Source: an uncultured archaeon (lineage in GTDB: Archaea > Asgardarchaeota > Jordiarchaeia > Jordiarchaeales > Jordiarchaeaceae). Taken from it: 9,246 nucleotides of DNA. How positions within the stretch are numbered: the stretch's first letter is position 1; every line of letters starts with the position of its first letter. Location of the stretch: NCBI GenBank assembly GCA_964510585.1, contig CAZECW010000088.1:1-9246 (forward strand), given 5' to 3'. Below the pieces are notes generated by a model that was given only the letters and a program-made list of their open reading frames with translations, did no database searches and was not told the DNA's origin. The translations under genes were made by a program, and so were the position numbers. Positions 1-6,348 of this stretch are shown piece by piece.

Positions 1-987
1 CACCCCCTCCTTAACAACCCCCCTCTCATAAGCTCTCAACCCCTCTATTTCAGATTCTGAAAAATTAAGGTTAGCAGCTAGTATTGGAACATCGCCGATT
101 TGAGAAACTAGACCCCTAATATCTGAGCTTCTGTCCTGAATTATCCACCTCGTGGTGCCAATAGCCACATTCCTAAGAACATCAGCCTTCGAAGCCCTAA
201 CCACAGACAAAACAGCAGTCATCTGAGTGCCACCAGCCATCAAAACGGGAACTCTGGAAGCCGCACCCATAACAAGACCCGAGAATGCAGCAATCATTGG
301 ATCACCAACAGAAGCAATAGCCCTAACCGGATCCCTTTTAAGGTCGCCGAAACCCACCCCCGCCGCCCTTAGCCCCTCCTCTGCAACCCGTATCTTAAGA
401 TTGTGGGGATTTACAGGCATACTGCTACTCACCTTTAACTTGGCATCCACCCCCATGGCAAGTAGAACTCCCAAAGCAGTAGTGGTTCCTCCAGGAATGC
501 TCTCCCCTATAACAAGATAATCAGCTGTCCTAGAAAAGTTGCTTCCCACCACCTCCGCTTTTCTAATAACCTCCTTTACATTTTTAACTGCCCTACCAGT
601 TCTGATATCCTCACCAGGCTCACCCCCGAGATTAATGAAGGGCGCATGAGGCTCAACTTTCAACCCCCCACTAACCACAAAAACCGGCACATCAGCTAGG
701 GTTAAGGCTGAGCGTGTTATCAGGGCCGGGGTTGGAACTCCATCCGGTGTAACAGGGATTCCATCTATGCATTTGCATTCTCCATAAAATAGGAGTTCGA
801 CGTCCGCTGCGGGTGTATAATCAGTGATTTCTGGATACTTTCCCGCCGCGGAAATTTCAGGTATTTTGGCGGTCTCAGTATTCCCAATAGTGCAGATGAA
901 TAAGGGCTCCTTATTCTCTATTTTACTCAGAAAAGTTCTTGCTTCCACTTCACAGTGGGCTACTAAAATATCTCTGTGTTTTCCCAT
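1..987 (-). CDS. cobT: Archaeal-type nicotinate-nucleotide:lower-base phosphoribosyltransferase (CobT, MJ1598/TIGR00303-like class); 3' end runs off the window
   Basis: Manual translation of the reverse strand from ATG at 987 gives 329 open codons to position 1: MGKHRDILVAHCEVEARTFLSKIENKEPLFICTIGNTETAKIPEISAAG...YTPAADVELL...PVTPDGVPTPALITR...VIGESIPGGTTTALGVL...VSSSMPVNPH...VGDPM...VLMAGGTQM...IGTTRWI...YERGVVKEGV. These motifs are typical of archaeal CobT. GAAGGT (1000-995) lies 7 nt upstream of the ATG. Confidence 0.93.
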   Translation of the reverse strand, partial: MGKHRDILVAHCEVEARTFLSKIENKEPLFICTIGNTETAKIPEISAAGKYPEITDYTPAADVELLFYGECKCIDGIPVTPDGVPTPALITRSALTLADVPVFVVSGGLKVEPHAPFINLGGEPGEDIRTGRAVKNVKEVIRKAEVVGSNFSRTADYLVIGESIPGGTTTALGVLLAMGVDAKLKVSSSMPVNPHNLKIRVAEEGLRAAGVGFGDLKRDPVRAIASVGDPMIAAFSGLVMGAASRVPVLMAGGTQMTAVLSVVRASKADVLRNVAIGTTRWIIQDRSSDIRGLVSQIGDVPILAANLNFSESEIEGLRAYERGVVKEGV

Positions 988-1032
988 TTTTGAAACCTTC
1001 AAAGGGCCATGATATTTAATTGTACCGTCACA

Positions 1033-1040
1033 TTTATATA
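1033..1040 (+). promoter_or_regulatory. TATA-box-like element for the btuF-cob operon
   Basis: TTTATATA matches the archaeal TATA consensus. Standard spacing would put the transcription start near 1062-1064, upstream of the btuF RBS. Confidence 0.6.
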
Positions 1041-1075
1041 GGTTAAGTTATCCTCTGTAGGATAAATTATCCTAC
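1038..1075. promoter_or_regulatory. Two abutting 19-bp palindromic operator-like boxes (AGGWTA-N3-TATCCT cores)
   Basis: Box 1 is ATAGGTTAAGTTATCCTCT (1038-1056) and box 2 is GTAGGATAAATTATCCTAC (1057-1075); they are identical at 14/19 positions. Box 2 lies inside a perfect 10-1-10 inverted repeat, TGTAGGATAA-A-TTATCCTACA (1056-1076). Confidence 0.75.
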
Positions 1076-1082
1076 AATGGGA

Positions 1083-1090
1083 TTTAAAAA
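1083..1090 (-). promoter_or_regulatory. TATA-box-like element for cobT
   Basis: The minus strand reads ...GACAAAAGG-TTTTTAAATCCC, a purine/A-rich BRE-like stretch followed by a TATA-like element. The predicted start near 1060 points toward cobT. Confidence 0.45.
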
Positions 1091-1104
1091 CCTTTTGTCA
1101 ATGA

Positions 1105-1111
1105 GAGGTGA
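1105..1111 (+). promoter_or_regulatory. Shine-Dalgarno site for btuF
   Basis: GAGGTGA lies 5 nt before the in-frame TTG at 1117. The same motif precedes the TTG at 8948. Confidence 0.6.
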
Positions 1112-1116
1112 AAAAC

Positions 1117-2205
1117 TTGGGAACCACTCTCAGAAGCAGGAAAGCCCTAGCAGCAATACTAATAGTGATAGTAGCAATTTCGGTGACTGGGTTATCAACC
1201 TATGCAGTTATAAACAACCAAAAATTCACTCAGCAAAGCTACCTACTCAGCCTGATACTGTTTCAACTAGGTCAACCCAGAATAGTATCATGCGCACCCA
1301 ACATAGACGAAATACTTTGCGGTTTAGACCTTGAAGAATACATAGTTGGCTGCGTAGACCATGACCCCTACGGAATGGGATACCTAATGGAAGATTATTA
1401 CCTGCCCAGAATTGTTGAACTAATATTGGCGGGAAAAATAAGCAATAAAATAAACTGGTGGTATCCCAGTGTGGAATCTGTGGTAACACTTAATCCCACA
1501 ATAGTACTCCTAGACTCAGGCGTTCCCAACCAAGTATCAATGTACTCCTCCCTTGTAAGCCAAGGCATACCCGCATTCTTAGTTCCCCAAGGTACGAGAA
1601 TTAGCCAAATAGAGGTATCCATTCTGCAGGTTGGCAGCTTGTTCAAAAGAGGCTCACTAGCTCAAGGCCTTGTTGATAAAATGGAAACAAAAATAAACAC
1701 CATCCAAGAAAACGTGACAGGTCAACCAGTACTCAAAGTACTAGTATGCGTGTGGATAGATTTTAGCCAAAACCAAGTGTACACCTGTGGAAATAACACT
1801 TTCCTTAGTGAAATCGTTCAGAAATCAGGTGGCCTGAACGTCTTCTATGACAACCTCCTATCATGGCCCGTAGTAACATTAGCTGAGGCTGCGGCGAAAA
1901 ATCCAGATAAAATAATTATCTTAGATCACTACGCATACTTGAACCCCTCAGAAACATACTCTAATATTAAGAATGATCCTAATCTTGGCAACACACTTGC
2001 TGCGCAAAATGATGAAATATACTTTGTTCAGGGGCAGGCAGAAAACTTGTTCTCAAGGCCGGGGCCGAGAGTTGCCGAGGGCGTTGAACTTCTGGCCAAA
2101 GTACTGTTTCCAGATTTATTCGGTGTGACTTTCTCTCCTCCCTATCCCTATATACTGAATACGGGAAATTATAAAGGGTACTTGGATTCATTTATACTAG
2201 AGTGA
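1117..2205 (+). CDS. btuF: Cobalamin/iron-complex ABC transporter substrate-binding protein (BtuF-like) with an N-terminal membrane anchor
   Basis: N-terminal basic plus hydrophobic segment (RSRKALAAILIVIVAISVTGL). Family motifs RIVSCAPNIDEIL, PSVESVVTLNPTIVL, EAAAKNPDKIII and LFSRPGPRVAEGVELLAK. The corrinoid assignment rests on gene context. Start placed at TTG 1117 because GAGGTGA includes the GTG at 1108, which is the alternative start. Confidence 0.85.
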   Translation: MGTTLRSRKALAAILIVIVAISVTGLSTYAVINNQKFTQQSYLLSLILFQLGQPRIVSCAPNIDEILCGLDLEEYIVGCVDHDPYGMGYLMEDYYLPRIVELILAGKISNKINWWYPSVESVVTLNPTIVLLDSGVPNQVSMYSSLVSQGIPAFLVPQGTRISQIEVSILQVGSLFKRGSLAQGLVDKMETKINTIQENVTGQPVLKVLVCVWIDFSQNQVYTCGNNTFLSEIVQKSGGLNVFYDNLLSWPVVTLAEAAAKNPDKIIILDHYAYLNPSETYSNIKNDPNLGNTLAAQNDEIYFVQGQAENLFSRPGPRVAEGVELLAKVLFPDLFGVTFSPPYPYILNTGNYKGYLDSFILE

Positions 2206-3326
2206 GGCGAACTATTTTGGTTAAAACTTTCTCTTCTCTTTTTTTTGTTGGCGCTCCGAATCTGGTTAGGCGCAAAATTTTTCTGCTAACTTTATTCGTT
2301 ACTGTAGGGTTGGCTATATTGGCGATATTGATACTTGCGTCTCTTGTTTTTGGGGCGCAGGAGGTTACCTTGGGCGATGTTTTTGCGTCTCTTAACAGAC
2401 TTTGGATTTTTGGGAGACCAATTCAAAATTATGGCGTTACATTGCCCAGCTATATTGATTGGAGCTTTGACATTATACTTTATCATTCGAGGATTCCTAG
2501 GACTTTTACTGCTATTCTTATTGGTGCGGGTCTTGCTGTTTCTGGAGCCATTATGCAGGCGCTTGTTAGGAATCCTCTTGTGGATCCGTATATTAGTGGT
2601 GTGTCGTCTGGGGCGGCTTTTGGGGCGGTGCTTATTTTGCTTACCTCTATTTTCTCTGGTTTTTTGGAAACTGTTTCTCTTCCTTTGGCGGCCTTTTTGG
2701 GTGGGCTTGGGGCGTTTGGAATAACTTTTATTATATATAGGAGTGCGGGTGAAACTCCTACAAGTTTTGTTTTGGGGGGAGTGATTGTTGGTATAGCTTT
2801 TTCTTCATTGACAACATTCTTCATTGTTACTTCTACGAGGGAGATTCATGGTGCTCTTTTCTGGCTTTTTGGAAGTATAGCTTATGTTACTTGGGATGTT
2901 GTATGGATTCTTTTGCCTGTGGTGGTAGTGATTGTTCTGGTGTCTTTGTTGTATGCTAGGGAATTTAATGTTCTTCTTTTGGGTGATGAGCAAGCGGCTC
3001 AGTTGGGTCTGAGGGTTAAGTGGTTTAAGAGGATTATGTTGATAGTTGCTGCGCTTCTTGCCAGTTTTTGTGTTGCGTTCACGGGGATTATAGGGTTTGT
3101 TGGTCTCGTTGTTCCTCACATGATTCGGTTGGCTCTGGGTAGTGATCATAGGCTTTTGCTTCCCTTATCAACGATTTTTGGTGCAAATCTTTTGCTCGTT
3201 GCGGATATTGTGGCTAGGGTTGTTATGAGACCTGCTGAGCTTCCCATAGGTATAATAACTTCATTTATTGGTGTGCCCTTCTTCGCATACCTACTTATTA
3301 GGAGAGGTAAAAGATATGCCATGTAG
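2202..3326 (+). CDS. btuC: Cobalamin/iron-complex ABC transporter permease (BtuC/FecCD family)
   Basis: Very hydrophobic. Motifs RIPRTFTAILIGAGLAVSGAIMQALVRNPLVDPYISGVSSGA, LLLGDEQAAQLG, GIIGFVGLVVPHMIR and ELPIGIITSFIGVPFF. GTG 2202 overlaps the btuF stop; TTG 2217 is an alternative start. Confidence 0.9.
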   Translation: MRRTILVKTFSSLFFVGAPNLVRRKIFLLTLFVTVGLAILAILILASLVFGAQEVTLGDVFASLNRLWIFGRPIQNYGVTLPSYIDWSFDIILYHSRIPRTFTAILIGAGLAVSGAIMQALVRNPLVDPYISGVSSGAAFGAVLILLTSIFSGFLETVSLPLAAFLGGLGAFGITFIIYRSAGETPTSFVLGGVIVGIAFSSLTTFFIVTSTREIHGALFWLFGSIAYVTWDVVWILLPVVVVIVLVSLLYAREFNVLLLGDEQAAQLGLRVKWFKRIMLIVAALLASFCVAFTGIIGFVGLVVPHMIRLALGSDHRLLLPLSTIFGANLLLVADIVARVVMRPAELPIGIITSFIGVPFFAYLLIRRGKRYAM

Positions 3327-4197
3327 TAGCGATGTAATCATTAGGGTTAAAGGCTTAGTGTACACTTATGATTCTGTTAGAGCTCTTGACGGTTTGACTT
3401 TTGAGGTTAACAGAGGTGAGTTTGTCGGTCTTGTTGGTCCTAATGGTTCTGGGAAAACTACTCTTATTAAGTGTTTGAGCAAATTGTATACTCCTCATGA
3501 GGGTAGTATAGAGTTGGATGGGCGTGATTTGAGGAAGTTGTCCCAATTGGAGGGCGCCAAAATATACGCCGTGGTGCCTTCAGAATTTACTATGGATATG
3601 AACATCTCAGTTGCGGACACTGTACTCTTGGGGAGGTATCCTTATCTGGAGGGTTTATGGTGGGAAAAGGAACGAGACGAAGAAATTGCTTTGGACGCTA
3701 TGGGAAAATTGAATGTTTCACATTTTGGGAATAGAAAACTTGGAGAATTAAGCAGTGGGGAAAAGCAGAGAGTCCTAATAGCTAAGGCTATAGCTCAGGA
3801 GGCGAAAGTACTTCTAATAGATGAACCTGTAGCTCACCTGGATTTGGGATACCAAATGGAAATTATGGAAATGTTGAGGAGTTTAGCTAGGGATGGCGTA
3901 ACAATTATTGCTGCGATGCATGAACTTAACCTTGCAGTCAGGTATTGCGATAAACTCATAGTACTTGATAAGGGCCGGGTTGTAGCTTGCGGCAAACCCA
4001 AAGATATAGTTACACAAAAGCTTATTGAGGATGTCTACGGAGTAAAATCAATCGTCCATGACGTTCCAGAAATAGGGCTGGTAATAATTCCCCTGTCGGG
4101 TTCCAATAATGGTGGTGTGTTTGATAAGAAAAATGGTAAGAAGGGAGCTGCTGAGCTTAGTAAGACCCAGACATGGAGGAGAGGTGTGGAAGCATAG
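3316..4197 (+). CDS. btuD: Cobalamin/iron-complex ABC transporter ATP-binding protein (BtuD/FecE family)
   Basis: Walker A GPNGSGKT, signature LSSGE, Walker B LLIDEP, H-loop AAMHE. Start placed at ATG 3316 with GAGGT (3304-3308) 7 nt upstream, rather than GTG 3268. Confidence 0.9.
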   Translation: MPCSSDVIIRVKGLVYTYDSVRALDGLTFEVNRGEFVGLVGPNGSGKTTLIKCLSKLYTPHEGSIELDGRDLRKLSQLEGAKIYAVVPSEFTMDMNISVADTVLLGRYPYLEGLWWEKERDEEIALDAMGKLNVSHFGNRKLGELSSGEKQRVLIAKAIAQEAKVLLIDEPVAHLDLGYQMEIMEMLRSLARDGVTIIAAMHELNLAVRYCDKLIVLDKGRVVACGKPKDIVTQKLIEDVYGVKSIVHDVPEIGLVIIPLSGSNNGGVFDKKNGKKGAAELSKTQTWRRGVEA

Positions 4198-5290
4198 TCC
4201 TCACCTGATAGATTTTAGCTGTAACTTGAACCCACTTGGGCCTCCTGAGGAAACTATCAAAATAATCCAGCAAAACTTGGATTACATTGTTAATTATCCT
4301 GATGACCAATGCACCCATTTGAAATCAAAATTGTCAGACTTTCTTAATGTACCTTTGGGGAACATAATCGTGGGTTGTGGTTCTACCGAGTTAATTAAAG
4401 CGTTTGCTGAAGCTTTCGTAAAGCCGAGTGGCCATGTAGTAGTCTGTTCCCCAACTTATGATGAGTATGCTTTTTACTGCCAATTTATGGGGGGAATCGT
4501 TGATAGAGTTCCTCTTAGGGAGAATAAGGAATTTTGCTTAGAGACGGAGTCTCTCTTTGAGTTGGTTGATGGTAGTACGAGGGCAGTTTTTCTATGTAAT
4601 CCAAATAATCCCACTAGCAGGTTTGAGAGCAAAAATAAAATTTTAGAGCTGGTGGAGGAGTGTGAAAGTAGGAATGTTTTGGTTTTTATTGATGAGGCGT
4701 TCATTGATTTTGTGAGGGAGGGGAAAAGCAACTCTTTTGTTTCTGAGGTGCAAAATCATGGTAATCTTTTCGTTTCACGCTCTTTGACCAAAATTTTCAG
4801 CATACCAGGCATTAGAGTTGGGTATGGGGTGGGTGGAGAAGAAATAATAAAATATATGGATAAGGCGCGTTTGTCATGGAATGTGGGGATACTTGAACAA
4901 GCCTTGGCATGTGGGCTGATTGGTGACTGTCATTCCTATTTGGAGAGAACAGTGAGTTTTGTTGAAACTGAAAAAAGGAGGATGTATGAGAAACTTTCCC
5001 ACATTTTTGGGTATCGGCCTGTTAGGCCGGATGCCAACTTTATTTTTGTTAAAATCAAGGAGTTGGGTGTCAACAGCACTGATTTCAAGAACATTATGTT
5101 GACTCACGGATTTCTCATAAGGGACTGCAGCTCTTTTGGTGAGGCTTTCTCAAATTATATTAGAATAGCCATAAAGAAAAGTGAGCAGAACTCAAGTCTC
5201 CTAGAAAAGTTAAAAGCGGTTTCCGAGGAGATACTGTCGAGTTGCAGAAAAGAATTTGAAGCACCAGAAAAGTCCATTAGTAAGTGTTGA
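4121..5290 (+). CDS. cobD: L-threonine-O-3-phosphate decarboxylase (PLP-dependent, CobD)
   Basis: Motifs HGG, DFSCNLNPLG, YPD, GCGSTELI, LCNPNNPT, IDEAFIDF, SRSLTKIFSIPGIRVGY (PLP lysine), RDCSSF and YIRIA; adjacent to cbiB. The start is uncertain: ATG 4109, TTG 4121 (after TGGTG) or ATG 4133. Confidence 0.88.
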   Translation: MIRKMVRRELLSLVRPRHGGEVWKHSPHLIDFSCNLNPLGPPEETIKIIQQNLDYIVNYPDDQCTHLKSKLSDFLNVPLGNIIVGCGSTELIKAFAEAFVKPSGHVVVCSPTYDEYAFYCQFMGGIVDRVPLRENKEFCLETESLFELVDGSTRAVFLCNPNNPTSRFESKNKILELVEECESRNVLVFIDEAFIDFVREGKSNSFVSEVQNHGNLFVSRSLTKIFSIPGIRVGYGVGGEEIIKYMDKARLSWNVGILEQALACGLIGDCHSYLERTVSFVETEKRRMYEKLSHIFGYRPVRPDANFIFVKIKELGVNSTDFKNIMLTHGFLIRDCSSFGEAFSNYIRIAIKKSEQNSSLLEKLKAVSEEILSSCRKEFEAPEKSISKC

Positions 5291-5322
5291 TTCAATTCTT
5301 AAAAGGTTTCTGAGGTTTCCCG

Positions 5323-6348
5323 ATGGAACTAGTGAATCTCGTCTATCCTCTCGGAATCATTGTGATTGCTTTAACTATTGACTTTTTACTCGGAGAGCCA
5401 CCCAGAAAAATTCATCCCACAATATGGATGGGGCGGCTCATCTCACTAATCGACGGGAGAATACCGCGGGGAAAGCCTACCCGAGAAAAAATTTTGGGCG
5501 TTTTTCTCGCCATTTTCACCATCTCCATTTTTCTGATTTCTACCTTGCTGGTGTTGACCCTAGTCAGATTTATGTGGGGCAAAATTGCTTGGGTGCTTGT
5601 CGCCTCCTTCATTTTTAAATCAACCTTTGCCATAAAAGATATGGAGAGGCATGCAACTCCTATAATTCATGAGCTCGTTAATGGAAATCTTCCCGGTGCT
5701 CGGGAGCAGGTTTCCCGCATAGTGGGCCGGGATGTGACCAACCTAGATGAACCACACATCTTATCTGCTACTGTGGAGAGCGTCTCTGAAAGTATTGTGG
5801 ACGGCTTTTTTTCTCCATTTCTATTTTTCGCCTTTTTGGGTGTTCCTGGCGCAATTTTTTTCCGCTCAATAAACACCCTAGACTCAATGGTAGGCTATAA
5901 GACTGAGAAATACAAGAATGTTGGTTGGTTTTCAGCACGCCTCGATGATTTTGCAAACTGGTTCCCTGCAAGAGTCTCCCTTCCCTTCATAGCGCTAGCC
6001 TCAAAGTTGTTGGGTGCAGACTGGAGGAGTTGCCTAAAGGTAGCTTTGAGGGATCATAGGAAAACGAAGAGTCCTAATGGAGGGTGGCCAATGGCAGCTA
6101 TGGCTGGAGCTCTCCATGTACGTCTCGAAAAGATAGGTTACCACGTATTGGGTGAGGAGTACCCATTTCCCAGATTTAGAGAAACAGAAAAGGCTGTTAA
6201 AATAATGAAAGTCTCCTGTTTGCTCTTTACGCTAACCCTATCGCCCGTAGCTATATTTTTGGGAATTTTTGTACAGGGGCTGATTGAGAATTTACTCATA
6301 AAACTCTTAACAGATGCGTTAGGTTGGGGTCTATGTTGCCTGATATAA
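5323..6348 (+). CDS. cbiB: Adenosylcobinamide-phosphate synthase CbiB
   Basis: Motifs DFLLGEP..HPTIWMG, VESVSESIVDG, RSINTLDSMVGYK, GWFSARLDDFANWFPARV and SPNGGWPMAAMAGAL. Membrane-protein profile. TGAGGT lies at 5311-5316. Confidence 0.95.
   Translation: MELVNLVYPLGIIVIALTIDFLLGEPPRKIHPTIWMGRLISLIDGRIPRGKPTREKILGVFLAIFTISIFLISTLLVLTLVRFMWGKIAWVLVASFIFKSTFAIKDMERHATPIIHELVNGNLPGAREQVSRIVGRDVTNLDEPHILSATVESVSESIVDGFFSPFLFFAFLGVPGAIFFRSINTLDSMVGYKTEKYKNVGWFSARLDDFANWFPARVSLPFIALASKLLGADWRSCLKVALRDHRKTKSPNGGWPMAAMAGALHVRLEKIGYHVLGEEYPFPRFRETEKAVKIMKVSCLLFTLTLSPVAIFLGIFVQGLIENLLIKLLTDALGWGLCCLI

Noticed and set aside
1059-1073. Fur box (GATAA...TTATC)
   Set aside because: The spacing GATAA-A-TTATC is 2 nt shorter than the Fur 7-1-7 core; the DtxR-like 6-3-6 geometry fits both boxes better.
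1038-1076. CRISPR or tandem-repeat array
   Set aside because: Only two imperfect 19-bp units with no spacers, and no cas genes in the window.
988-1116. Cobalamin riboswitch upstream of btuF or cobT
   Set aside because: The spacer is only ~130 bp, AT-rich and mostly occupied by promoter-like elements; I see no B12-box or conserved riboswitch stems.
227-1334. Plus-strand ORFs 227..520, 824..1012 and 1077..1334
   Set aside because: Antisense shadows of cobT or an alternate frame over btuF, with no recognisable motifs.
3268-3315. GTG 3268 as the btuD start
   Set aside because: It would lie 59 nt inside btuC; ATG 3316 has a correctly spaced RBS and gives a normal N-terminus.
3748-3762. LSSGE instead of LSGGE/Q as a sign of an inactive ATPase
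   Set aside because: A common signature variant; Walker A, Walker B and the H-loop are intact.
4294-4300. Extra TTATCCT half-site inside cobD
   Set aside because: A single half-site with no partner, explained by the codons of the conserved NYPD motif.
5291-5322. Internal promoter or repeat (CTTAAAA; AGGTTTC twice) before cbiB
   Set aside because: A weak TATA match in a 32-bp gap; the repeats are adequately explained as RBS-like AGGT sequence.
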